Positions 29,601 to 38,567 of a DNA stretch of 64,000 nucleotides are shown piece by piece (the stretch's first letter is position 1; each line of letters opens with the position of its first letter). Position numbers and translations under genes: made by a program. The notes below the pieces were generated by a model. It did no database searches. It was not told the origin of the DNA and was given only the letters and a program-made list of their open reading frames with translations. The stretch is from a virus. The stretch lies in the IMG/VR virus record IMGVR_UViG_3300009008_000005, positions 1 through 64,000 of that record; one strand, given 5' to 3'.

Positions 29601-31669
29601 GTCTGTCCTGTGCCTGTTCCCTTCCTAATAGTCCAGTAGTACCTGTAGTTATTGATGTTGACCAGCGTCGGTGCAACCATCGCTGGAATCTGTGCATTGA
29701 TACCGGCTAGAGGGGTGGGGGTATCCATGTACCCACCGGCCACATTGATAGCTGTGACTGTAAGCTCGAACCAGACAGGGATCTGGTGTGCAGTTGTTCC
29801 GTGAGTATGGCCAACCACTGTGCACAGAGTAATCGTGTCCCCAGGCTCGATGTTGTAGAGGCCCAGGTCCAGGTTGGTGCAGGCATGGAGTCTGAGGAAA
29901 CCTGTCCCTACGTTGTCCTCAATGGATATACCCGTTCCAGACTGACCTACGAGCATCCAGTTCGCAGCGTCTGCCTGGATGTCAGGTCCGCCCCCTCCGA
30001 TAGTGCGGATCTCCCCACCAAGGTAGTGCTCGTTCCTGCTCCCAACACGAATCGTATCGGTGTACATCTCCTTGATGGGGAAGTACTTAGCTCGCATGTA
30101 CCCAGTACCAGCCACCGGGCTGTTGTTGTCCTGGACCATCAGGAAGTCTGTATCAGAGTCCAGGGAAGAGTTCAGGTGTCCTGCTGTTAGTCCGGATACC
30201 TTGAGCTGATTCGTGCAGAACAGCGGGGCTGAGGTCAGATAGTTGTTAGAATCTATGTCACTGTGGAAGTAGACCTCAGTGTCTCCCTTGAAGCTGGTAC
30301 TGTCGCTAGACGCAATGACGTCCAGGGCACCACGTACACCACCGTCTGCAGGCTGGGCATAGACCTGAGCTACTTCATACTCCTTCCCGTCGCAACGGAT
30401 GAGATCCGCTAGGCCAAAGGATTCCAGCCACCAGTCGATGGCATCCTCACCAGCACCCAGGTTAACCACAGCAGAGTGCAGCGGGAACATGGAGTCCATG
30501 CTGTTGTAGGCGGTGTAGTTCTCGGTCCCCGCCAGGTCAAGGTCCCGGTACAAGGTAAAGTCGTTCCCTGCGGTTCCTGTGATGTAGGACCACACTACGA
30601 AAGAGTCCGCAGTGTCGAACACTACGAAGTCTCCGGGATTCACTAAGTGCCCAGCAGCTACAGTGCACACCCTCGTGGCCGCTACATAACCGGTAAGGAC
30701 GCCTGAATCTGTAGATGCGGTCCACCACGTCGGAAAGTTGTCAGGCAAGGCCAAGGTGGCATTCCGGCCACCCGCATAGGCTCTTCCGTAGGCTGCGTCA
30801 GGCTCCCATAAGAACTCACCCTGCAGGACGTCCCTGTACATCTCATCATCACCGAAGCCGACAGTGACTACGTCCAGCACGTACTCGTTGTCTTCGAGGA
30901 TCGTAGTCTTCACGCCCCTAGAGTTCACGAGGGAGCGCTCGGTGATGGCAACCTCTACGTTCCTTAGGAACTCCTCGGCCGTGCTCTCTGTGCTACCACC
31001 CGTGAAAGCAGCTTTGTTCGTCATCTTCACGGCGTTGGGGATACCGTTCGAAGCTGAGATGGAGCCCTTCTCGATGTTGGCGTCGGTGGTGGACAGAGCT
31101 GCAACCAGATCGATGTCTGCGTAGTAGAGACTGTTCTCCACATTCGCACGCATCGTGTCCTGGTCGAACTGCTGCACCCCGTCCACGAAGAAAAGCTGGT
31201 TGTTCGTAGCTGTGAAAGTGATCGTGGGATCTACGTACAGATCAATGGGAGATGCGAAGTAGACCCTGACCTTTCCGTAGGCCTTCGTCCCCTGATTCCT
31301 GTAGGCGAATACGTTGGAAGCCAGAGCCTCAAGCTCTGCAATGGACATCGAGTCCGACTGTGAGATCGTCTGGGAATTCCTGATGGCCTGGAGTTCCTGC
31401 TTGAAGGACTCCAAGATCAAGGTCATCGGACCTACGAACACATCGTTGATGATCGACCCTGCGCTGTCCACGTCCAGGCTTGGGAAGTTCTCCCGTACAC
31501 GCTGCTTGATGAACTCCTGGATGTCTGTCTCGAAGGGGTCGCTCCCCAGCCTAATGATGATAGGTTGGACTACCTCGCTGTAGAAGTCCGAGTCAGTGTC
31601 CGTATCCAGCGTCGGGAAGAACTGCGCCATGCGCTCGACGATGAATTCTGCAAGAGTTGTCCGTGGCAT
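26597..31669 (-). CDS. Baseplate J-like (gp6/gp47-like) protein with large internal insertions
   Basis: N-terminal LEALASNVFAYR..GTKAYGKVRVYF, AAFTGG..E....F; C-terminal J-like closure; follows a gp25-like gene. Confidence 0.8.
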   Translation of the reverse strand: MPRTTLAEFIVERMAQFFPTLDTDTDSDFYSEVVQPIIIRLGSDPFETDIQEFIKQRVRENFPSLDVDSAGSIINDVFVGPMTLILESFKQELQAIRNSQTISQSDSMSIAELEALASNVFAYRNQGTKAYGKVRVYFASPIDLYVDPTITFTATNNQLFFVDGVQQFDQDTMRANVENSLYYADIDLVAALSTTDANIEKGSISASNGIPNAVKMTNKAAFTGGSTESTAEEFLRNVEVAITERSLVNSRGVKTTILEDNEYVLDVVTVGFGDDEMYRDVLQGEFLWEPDAAYGRAYAGGRNATLALPDNFPTWWTASTDSGVLTGYVAATRVCTVAAGHLVNPGDFVVFDTADSFVVWSYITGTAGNDFTLYRDLDLAGTENYTAYNSMDSMFPLHSAVVNLGAGEDAIDWWLESFGLADLIRCDGKEYEVAQVYAQPADGGVRGALDVIASSDSTSFKGDTEVYFHSDIDSNNYLTSAPLFCTNQLKVSGLTAGHLNSSLDSDTDFLMVQDNNSPVAGTGYMRAKYFPIKEMYTDTIRVGSRNEHYLGGEIRTIGGGGPDIQADAANWMLVGQSGTGISIEDNVGTGFLRLHACTNLDLGLYNIEPGDTITLCTVVGHTHGTTAHQIPVWFELTVTAINVAGGYMDTPTPLAGINAQIPAMVAPTLVNINNYRYYWTIRKGTGTGQTGPFTAVSWPSSFLPAWTTFGLYTFTGANCHVGENYPEVRPNTVASGNHAHKAWAGTNWAIIRVPSSRLPAFDIDDWAVPATPSKGNPFPFGMLTLDDPLYLGADDSFPIRFYGSYYTFGLPDINDIGFGASANTYELEDMAFDWSAAKLMTQEDGAGRILLGQVPQYAGPMEVTDNTIHVGGMMDVYCKPSELADVNISITPFASFDNDDVVHPSPFNGTSGGQGVSGVFGAFPAEDGKFFSPELSSYLWTPGDLLIITGPPESADYFKSFLIIGQNPASASELRVYPPFNPGGETQLEFVIVNKVTASLAPNKWYRIRNGDDLTTNVNSSVVVSLGFDFVAAGVQPADTLQILEGVDIGTHIINSVKNNSLVLASTLQGGESSLHFTVYKNQGQVGFPCGEIANLTLLTAGEVPSKMALPYGNPMGARVEAASMRGNTLTLPAAGESATDGSVDVANPYNFYDLVGDFQASGVTAGDILYIKEGLVAGAYTITEVQATYVIAHGLLVTTSETALEYEIGPAPQGTARCYFKSPTRVEFGPDVRITDDEGKVFIPDPDTAAEIWKDETAGSDLVTDLVGGTDWFLKSESVDFGAKDIRACSQVDMGYAGDSDLVYLLHAGIQSGDFGLATPLFNLDGRNLVLLIDNREVTYTFVENNLTPQEVADAVNKAIPAVTITVEDDPGGSGFEIFVINSSSDVEVGYGTAVSAMFLTVGATNVLSAARRGPFRIPRDGVWIENDYPPLSATNRAQIELIEYNTAPDTPAVGLTALSFLHAKVVRPGTQIFESTAMINSNTLHYVDLDVSSYYPGPDHLVRSRADMSVAYATANGFSYSTEEEYSFSPAEPIKVVIPTVYRDDTPHPVIGYGMSVKANFAPPVTDVHYMMQTDYYRTVVCNPLACVSIPASIYISATYYGLQEVADAEVKVEEYIRSLGIGERFSIRAMISQLKKDGISIQAQPTVFVTTIAKDRTYTFTHVEELLALPVHNAFMNIEVNLTKTAL

Positions 31670-32337
31670 TAGCTTACCCCCACATGAACCACAGCACCTG
31701 TGAGCTGGGTCTGGAACTCCATCTTCACGTCCACAGAAGCTGTGGCAGAATCATAGGAGATATCGATTGGATAGACCCCCAGGATGCGCTCCTCCCCAGG
31801 TATGTTCAAGTACCTCTGGGAGTTTCGCAGGTCTCTCGTACACTTCTTGATACCCAGCTGTATCCTGGACACGATACCCTGGACACCCGAGCTGTCCATA
31901 TTTGCCCCGGCGAGGTGGGCAATGTCTCCACCTTCAGATGGTCTGAAGGCATTGGTACCTGTAGTAGTCATGAGGATCTTGACGAATTGCTGGAGCACCT
32001 TGGAGATCCCGGATACAGGTCTCAGAGCAGTCAGGTCAAACTCGATCTTCGTGTTCTCCGTCAGCGTCTGTGTATCCCCAAGGACTACGACTCTCTCGAT
32101 GACCGTCTCCCACAGAAGCTCGGGAACGTCGATCAAGATGTTGTTGTCCGAGATGATGGTGAATCCATAGGCCGAGCCTGCTGTGGCCTTCGGGAAGAGC
32201 TGGGTGGCGTTGATGTACACCGAGGTTGCGTTCATGAATCCCGCACCCTTCAGCTCTACTTGGAAGGGGAGCACCGAGATGAGGTCGATGTTCGTAACGG
32301 GTAGGATGTCGATGGCGTTGATGATCCGTATATCCAT
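31669..32337 (-). CDS. Baseplate wedge gp25-like protein with N-terminal IPT/TIG-like domain
   Basis: KVLQQFVKILMTT.GT...GG; C-terminal beta sheet; position upstream of J. Confidence 0.7.
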   Translation of the reverse strand: MDIRIINAIDILPVTNIDLISVLPFQVELKGAGFMNATSVYINATQLFPKATAGSAYGFTIISDNNILIDVPELLWETVIERVVVLGDTQTLTENTKIEFDLTALRPVSGISKVLQQFVKILMTTTGTNAFRPSEGGDIAHLAGANMDSSGVQGIVSRIQLGIKKCTRDLRNSQRYLNIPGEERILGVYPIDISYDSATASVDVKMEFQTQLTGAVVHVGVS

Positions 32338-32594
32338 CAGTCTTCCTTTACCTCATCGATCAGCTTATCTAGCTCCTCCCGCATAGCCTTCAAGCGGTCG
32401 ATCTGGGTAGGTCCGAACTCTGTCTCGAAGCCGAAGTATGTCGTGGCTTCAGAGTCCCCTCCAAGCAGAGCCAGGTATTCGTCAACAGCCGTGGTCAGGG
32501 AGTACTTTTCGACGAGATCCCGGTTGATGATGATGCCCAGGAGGCTCTCGTATATGCCCGAAAGTGTAGACCTCTGCTTGTCTGTCAGCGCCAT
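32337..32594 (-). CDS. Hypothetical protein
   Basis: 85 aa; coupled; GGAGG RBS. Confidence 0.65.
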   Translation of the reverse strand: MALTDKQRSTLSGIYESLLGIIINRDLVEKYSLTTAVDEYLALLGGDSEATTYFGFETEFGPTQIDRLKAMREELDKLIDEVKED

Positions 32595-32645
32595 AACCGC
32601 CTCCCGAGAGAATATCTTACCACAGCATCTTAGGCTAAGGGATGG

Positions 32646-35039
32646 TTACAGGAGAAGGTCTCGGGTCTTCTTGGACGCTTTGTCAGCCCTTGATGCCTCC
32701 TCCACAAGCAGCCTTAGGAAGGTATCTACCTCCCCTCTCTGGACAATGTCAGCCGCCTGGTCAAACCCTGATTCCGCTAGGGATTCCACGAAGGAAGCTA
32801 TCCGATCCGTGGTGCCATCCAAGTCTCGGAAGTCTGTGGCTAGCTGTGCGATGGCGTCCATATACTGCTGCAGAGAAGTAGTCAGGGACTCCCACCCAGA
32901 AGCGTCGAGCTGATTCTTGAACTTCTCAATTTGGGTCCGTATTGCGTCAAGAGCGGTGCTTGGCTCAGAGAGAATCTCTGGGATCTCTACACCAAGGATG
33001 CCCTTCTGCAAACCTGAGATGATGTCCACATCTGTGTCGGCTACAGATATTGGGTCCTCTACCTTCACAGGGGTAGTAGAGCGAAGCTTAGTGCTCGTGG
33101 TTTCCGTCCCGGACAGAGAGCTGGTAACCGCATCCTCGTCCCTGAGAGGGGCGTCGCTAGACACATCTCCACCTAGGGTCAGTGTCGTGCCACTTGCATA
33201 GGAATGGATCGGATACACAGCTGGGGGCACTGGAGGAGCGATCCCGATCTCAGGGGCTGCAGGTGCATTCACACCTAGGTAGTAGTCATCCCACAGAGTT
33301 CTGTCTTCCCTATTGATGTCCACCCGGACACTTTCCACCTCGTCTATGTAGAAGTTGACGAGTGGTGCTGTGACGAGTTCCTGGGGAGGGTCGAAGTAGG
33401 CCACTCCGACAGCTACAGCGTCAATGGTGAAGGACAGTCCAGCATCTGGCCCGGAAGTTATGGCTACAACCTTCCCCACATCCCCCGCTACGAACGGGTA
33501 GAGCTGGGAAGTCAGAGAGTCGTTGACTCCTGGATTGGGCCCGCCCGCATCGTCGTGAACCACATCCCCTATGTAGCGGTTCGTAAAAGGAACTCCGTCG
33601 AAGTACAGAGGATCCGGAGTTGTCGGGTCACCATCGGCACAGGGAGTCAAGGTAAGCGTATGCAGTCCGCCACCTGTAGCGACAGAGAAGACCCTATAAC
33701 CACAGTCCAGAGCAGTAGTGGAACCTGTATACCGCACTGCTATTGCGTCACCTGCCTGGACATCGAAGGTATCTGCAATCTCGATCGTTCCGTTCCCACG
33801 CAGGTCTGCAGCCTCGTCGTCGGCGACAAACGTATACTCCGTACGGAGGGGTGGTGAATCCTCCTTGGGTAGCTCTGCAGTAGCTCCACCGTTCCAGGGT
33901 CCAGCTAACTGTAAGTACTCGTTTATATTAGCTGTGTCACCTGCCCCCGCTAGAACGATAAGTTCATCGAACTGGATCTGCATACCTTCTACAGCGTGAT
34001 CTCCGTCTAGGTCGACTTTGATATAGCTCGAAGGGCCCGCAGAGAAGGTAATACCTGCAGGTAGACCCACTATACCATTGAGGGACACTGCCAAAGTACT
34101 CGTGCTGACGGGTGGTACTCCAGCTGGGGTTACCCCAGAGAACACATAAAATGTGTTGTTCAGCCTGAAGGACAAGGTATAGGGAGGGGCTGTAAGAGGT
34201 GGGGCTAGTGCGAAGGTCCACTGATCCTCTGCAGTATTTCCGCTATCTCCTAGGACACTAGCGGGCGTACTTGCAGGAATGTCCCACAAGAATCCTGTAG
34301 GTACGGTCCCAGAGTCGTAGTCTACAGTAATGTCTGTTGGGATTCGGTAAGGCCCGCAAGGGATCTCAATCTCAGCCGGATTCTCCGGGAGCACAGTGAA
34401 GGCTCCAGAATACTTCGCCAGTGTGTCGCCAGCCTTGAAGTCCTGGTCATAAGCATTGACTGAGTCGAGGACATAGTTCACTACACCTAAGGACTCCACA
34501 GACTCCACGGCGTTAGGATCGGATGCGGCCTTGTCCAGAAGGGACTGGATCATCTCCTGGGCTCCGCCCTTGTACCAAAGCACCTTGTATGAACCTAGGA
34601 TCTTGACGCTACGTACAGCCCGGAGCACGTCTCTAAACTTTCGCTGGAGCCTGTCGAGGTGGGTTAGGGGATCGACGTTGGAGACATTCCTGGGCCCGTA
34701 AGCCCCAATCTTCTCCTTCACAACCGCACCTAGTGTATCTGGGAAGGCTGACACCTCTTCCCCAATGTTCTTCTGGAAGGTGGGGGTCGTGCCCACAGCT
34801 TTGTCGGACTTCATGTAAGCGTCTAGGTCTGCAATAAGGGCGTCTACGTCCGTGTTACTGCGTAGGTAAGACTTAGCAGCCAGCAGTCCGCTCTCCCACA
34901 AGACATCCTTATCGAACACACATAAGGAGCATAAGAGGAGCTTCATTCGATTGAAGCGCTTCTCCTTGTCCTCCCCCAGATCCGCACGATCTGTGGTGGC
35001 CATAGAGTTGAAGAAATCAGTGAGAGCGTTAGTGAACAT
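32646..35039 (-). CDS. Virion/baseplate-associated protein
   Basis: 797 aa; helical termini, beta-rich centre; shares a roughly 75-aa domain with the 1827-aa protein. Confidence 0.7.
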   Translation of the reverse strand: MFTNALTDFFNSMATTDRADLGEDKEKRFNRMKLLLCSLCVFDKDVLWESGLLAAKSYLRSNTDVDALIADLDAYMKSDKAVGTTPTFQKNIGEEVSAFPDTLGAVVKEKIGAYGPRNVSNVDPLTHLDRLQRKFRDVLRAVRSVKILGSYKVLWYKGGAQEMIQSLLDKAASDPNAVESVESLGVVNYVLDSVNAYDQDFKAGDTLAKYSGAFTVLPENPAEIEIPCGPYRIPTDITVDYDSGTVPTGFLWDIPASTPASVLGDSGNTAEDQWTFALAPPLTAPPYTLSFRLNNTFYVFSGVTPAGVPPVSTSTLAVSLNGIVGLPAGITFSAGPSSYIKVDLDGDHAVEGMQIQFDELIVLAGAGDTANINEYLQLAGPWNGGATAELPKEDSPPLRTEYTFVADDEAADLRGNGTIEIADTFDVQAGDAIAVRYTGSTTALDCGYRVFSVATGGGLHTLTLTPCADGDPTTPDPLYFDGVPFTNRYIGDVVHDDAGGPNPGVNDSLTSQLYPFVAGDVGKVVAITSGPDAGLSFTIDAVAVGVAYFDPPQELVTAPLVNFYIDEVESVRVDINREDRTLWDDYYLGVNAPAAPEIGIAPPVPPAVYPIHSYASGTTLTLGGDVSSDAPLRDEDAVTSSLSGTETTSTKLRSTTPVKVEDPISVADTDVDIISGLQKGILGVEIPEILSEPSTALDAIRTQIEKFKNQLDASGWESLTTSLQQYMDAIAQLATDFRDLDGTTDRIASFVESLAESGFDQAADIVQRGEVDTFLRLLVEEASRADKASKKTRDLLL

Positions 35040-35382
35040 TTCCGCCCAGACCTATCTTGCGTAGTCCACGTAGATTCGCTTCGCCGATGAGATCCAACCG
35101 ATCTACTATCTTGTTACCCTCTATCCCTAGAAGGAAGCAGATGGACCGGAAGGATGTAATCGCATCCTCGTCGTCGGAGTTGAACCACTCCAGGAGAACC
35201 TGCATGTCTTTCTTGCTAGAGGGATCATCTGATCCCTGGAGTAGTGCATAGTCCTGGAGGGCCCTCTGGAGTACAGCTAACCATAGCTTAGTAGTTTTTT
35301 CTGTGCTATCTGTGGTGTCAAACAGACTTCGTGTGGAGTAGAACCTAAAGACCTGTCCTGGGAATAGCGTGTCTTGAATCAT
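35029..35382 (-). CDS. Small helical phage hypothetical protein
   Basis: LWLAVLQRALQDY...WF...SF..IC..LG pattern; overlaps both neighbours. Confidence 0.6.
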   Translation of the reverse strand: MIQDTLFPGQVFRFYSTRSLFDTTDSTEKTTKLWLAVLQRALQDYALLQGSDDPSSKKDMQVLLEWFNSDDEDAITSFRSICFLLGIEGNKIVDRLDLIGEANLRGLRKIGLGGNVH

Positions 35383-36311
35383 CAGGTCACCGTGATCTCT
35401 AGGGTTGCGTTCACAGTATTTACATGAGCACTTTGTTCCGGCGTAAGCAAGGCATAATCTGTGGGCATGAAATTTTCTGCAGTTACGTTAGTCGTCCCTG
35501 GAGCGATCCCGGTGATAGTAAACACGGTCCCGTCCATCAAGCCAGTAGCTACAGCATGGTCATCAGTGTCAGTAGCCACACAACCTGAGATATCATCCAT
35601 CACGGCCCACCCGTAGGTGTAAAGCTTCGGGTACAGCTCAATTGTCGCACCTGTGGCTACAGTCACCGTCTCCGTGAGAGATGTGTGCTCTGCGTCGGTG
35701 TAGAACTTCAGATGTCCTGGGACAGGGAAGATAACTGCCGGAAGATTCGCCCCTATAGTCTCAGGTGTGCGAACCTCCCAAGCCGTGTCCTGTAGGCCCG
35801 GGAACCATACGTGCACCAACATATCTCTGGGTAGATCGAGCTGGGCGTATCCATCAGAGTCCAGAACTACCTCCACGGACTTGTTAGATAGGCCGATGAT
35901 CTCATCATTACTCGCAAGAGCTACAGGCGAGTCCTTCTTGACGAAGTAGAACTTCATACCCTCCGGAGGTTCCCCAGATATTTCGGTGAAATACCCCGAG
36001 AGACGGGAATACCTAGCATCGTCGGAAGCAGGTTGCACCGGGCTGTAAACCGTGATCTCCACTACAGGGCTTTCTCCGACCCCGATGTTCACCTCAAACG
36101 TAGAGGGGAGACCAACGGTGGCCCCTAAGATTCCAGGAGCACAGCGCAGGTAATACGTACCTAGTGCTAGACCGATGAACTCCACCTCCCCAGTAGCCGC
36201 TGTGATCTGTGTAGACTGGTGAACCATAATAGATGAGTAGAGCTTTACGTAGGCGTTCTCTATGGGGTCTGACGCAACTGAGTCGAGAACCCTTACGATC
36301 ATATCAGGCAT
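35382..36311 (-). CDS. Virion protein with carboxypeptidase-regulatory-like and Ig-like domains
   Basis: N-terminal beta sandwich (VLD...IENAYVKLY...GTYYL); C-terminal Big_2-like ITGIAPGTTNVTA. Confidence 0.65.
   Translation of the reverse strand: MPDMIVRVLDSVASDPIENAYVKLYSSIMVHQSTQITAATGEVEFIGLALGTYYLRCAPGILGATVGLPSTFEVNIGVGESPVVEITVYSPVQPASDDARYSRLSGYFTEISGEPPEGMKFYFVKKDSPVALASNDEIIGLSNKSVEVVLDSDGYAQLDLPRDMLVHVWFPGLQDTAWEVRTPETIGANLPAVIFPVPGHLKFYTDAEHTSLTETVTVATGATIELYPKLYTYGWAVMDDISGCVATDTDDHAVATGLMDGTVFTITGIAPGTTNVTAENFMPTDYALLTPEQSAHVNTVNATLEITVT
35978..35994. promoter_or_regulatory. Palindromic site copy 4, ATATTTC-GGT-GAAATAC (intragenic)
   Basis: Encodes Y-F-T-E-I on the minus strand. 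Confidence 0.75.
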
Positions 36312-36314
36312 GGT

Positions 36315-38567
36315 CTAGCCTCCGTACAAGGCATCTAGCTCATTGTTCATCTTACTATCCGACTTGGGAATCCTACTAGTAGCAGGTCCCTTGCGGTTAT
36401 TTGCTGGGGCTGGAATGGCTCCGGGCGGATTACCACCACCTACTACAAACGAGCCTGACCTGGGAGCTGCCCCTGTGTCACGCTTGTTGTTCCACTCCAT
36501 GGCCTCGTTCTCTTCCCGGAAAGCTTCGGCTCTGAGCTTTCGCATAGCCCGGTCCCTATCAGACACTCCGGGACCTTCCGGAAGGGGCTTGGCATAACCT
36601 GGGAGTTCCACAGGCTCTTGTCGCTGCTGCTCCTGCCTGAGGCGGTCGGCCTCGTTCGGAGTCTGTGCCACAGGTTGTCCGGAGGAATCAGCCAAGACAG
36701 GTTTCGCTCTGTCACCACCCTGTGCTTCGTAGTAGTCCTCACCCGGGGCACGGCCTCCGGTACCTTCACCTATAAGCTTTGACCCCACTACCAGACCTCC
36801 CGCTGTGAGGAGACCAGCACCTATTAGTTTGGGCGCAGCGCCTAAGGCTCTGCTACCAGCAGCCGCCATGCGTCCACCAAGGCCAACAGCCTGTCCGCCT
36901 GGGGAAGGTACGGGCGGTGGGACATTACTTGGAGGTACATTCGGCGGGGGCTTGGCTGCACCACGGCCTATGTTAGCTGCAGGGTTCGCATTCGGTGAAG
37001 CTGTATCATCTACAAAGGTGGCAGTCCTAGGCTGCTTCTTGACTGGGGTTGTAGGTCTTGGGGGAGGATTCGCCGGGTCATACCGAGGAATCCTTGAACT
37101 CTGAGACGGTGGCGTAGCGCTAGGTGGGGGTGGGTTGTCAAAGATCGACTTGGGTGTTCCTTGTACAGGAGTCTTCGACGCAGGTACAGCTCCTGCAGGC
37201 TCCTTCTTAGTCGTCAAGCGCTGCCACATATTCGGTTCTTCCCTACCGTAGCGCTCCTTGTTGCTCCGCCTAATAGCCTCTTCAGAGGGGCCCTTAGACT
37301 TTGCGGGTTTAGTCTTCAGTTGCTTCTTCGTCAGATCTCTACTGACTGCTTCAACTTCTGCCCTTGCCTCTGCGGATAGAGGGACCTTACCTGAGCGATC
37401 CAGAGCTTTCCGCTCCGCTACTGCTTTGGCGATACCGTCAGCGTCAGGCTTTACTTTCGTCCCTGGACCAGGCGTTGGTTTTACGTGACTCGTACCCGAA
37501 CCTAAGTCCGCAGTGCTACTAGCGGCCGATGTTCCCTTGGGACTCTTCGTTGGGTTCGGGGCAGGTGCCCTAGGAACGCCACCTCCGCCACCTCCAGCTC
37601 CTACCCTTACGGGGACTGGGGGGCGCTTCATGGTCTCAGCACCACGTAAGGCATCGTCCCAAAGACCCTTAGCCTTACCCGCTACGTTCTTGACCGCCTG
37701 TACAGGGCTCGAAGATATACCGGATCTCGCAAGCCTAGATACGCCGGGGGCCACCACCATGGATGCGTCCAGAGCTTGCCCAGCTGTTGCACCCAGAGTG
37801 GCGGGCCTCTCCCTGAACTTCTTTACTTGATCGTCAGTTACATTAGGGTCGAGCGCCTGTGCAATCTCCGGAGCGGCGAAGAATGATCTGTCCTGGCCCT
37901 TGAAACCCGGATGGAATGTCCGCTCTTGTCCTGTACGCTTCAGCTTCGCTTTGTACGCCGTGTCCTGCTTAGTGTCGCCGAACTCCTTCTCTCGCATCGT
38001 ATTGACATAACCACCCGGGCCGTCCACGTTCATCCCAGTGGCCCGGATAGGAGCCGTTACAAAATCACGCACAAACTTCTTAGATCGCTTCGCACCCCGG
38101 TCCATAACACGATCGTGGGCTCCAGCTAAGCCGCCACCCTGCGAATGAGCGCTCTCATTGAAGCGCTTCGCACCGGCCCGATTACGTGCCCGCACACGCT
38201 TGAACTTGTCTGCAGCTCCCTGATATGCGCCCTGGACCTTAGACCCGAGATTTTTACCGAGAGCGACCTGCAATCCTGTGGCCTTGGGAGGGGGCGCTTT
38301 ATAGTCCAGCTTTGACTTGAATCCTTTTTGGTGCCAGGGCTGATTCAAAGGAGGGTTCACAGCCTTTGTTGAGTCCTTCGGCCCATAATCAGCTGTGACC
38401 GGGTCCTTGAACGTAGCTGTAGATGACCTTCCGCTGGGTGAGGGCAGTGTCCGCTGGAGCTTTGGATCGACCTTGGTCTTAGGTTTGGGTGCAGTCGTCT
38501 GCCCAAAACCTTTTAGCTGCGGGTCGAAGGCCAGCTTACGTAGGTGCTCCTCTAATCTCTGTCTCAT
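36315..38567 (-). CDS. Large Pro/Lys/Gly-rich, mostly disordered basic protein with one hydrophobic Gly-rich segment
   Basis: 750 aa; ATGA overlap with the upstream gene; N-terminal RKLAF. Confidence 0.7.
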   Translation of the reverse strand: MRQRLEEHLRKLAFDPQLKGFGQTTAPKPKTKVDPKLQRTLPSPSGRSSTATFKDPVTADYGPKDSTKAVNPPLNQPWHQKGFKSKLDYKAPPPKATGLQVALGKNLGSKVQGAYQGAADKFKRVRARNRAGAKRFNESAHSQGGGLAGAHDRVMDRGAKRSKKFVRDFVTAPIRATGMNVDGPGGYVNTMREKEFGDTKQDTAYKAKLKRTGQERTFHPGFKGQDRSFFAAPEIAQALDPNVTDDQVKKFRERPATLGATAGQALDASMVVAPGVSRLARSGISSSPVQAVKNVAGKAKGLWDDALRGAETMKRPPVPVRVGAGGGGGGVPRAPAPNPTKSPKGTSAASSTADLGSGTSHVKPTPGPGTKVKPDADGIAKAVAERKALDRSGKVPLSAEARAEVEAVSRDLTKKQLKTKPAKSKGPSEEAIRRSNKERYGREEPNMWQRLTTKKEPAGAVPASKTPVQGTPKSIFDNPPPPSATPPSQSSRIPRYDPANPPPRPTTPVKKQPRTATFVDDTASPNANPAANIGRGAAKPPPNVPPSNVPPPVPSPGGQAVGLGGRMAAAGSRALGAAPKLIGAGLLTAGGLVVGSKLIGEGTGGRAPGEDYYEAQGGDRAKPVLADSSGQPVAQTPNEADRLRQEQQRQEPVELPGYAKPLPEGPGVSDRDRAMRKLRAEAFREENEAMEWNNKRDTGAAPRSGSFVVGGGNPPGAIPAPANNRKGPATSRIPKSDSKMNNELDALYGG

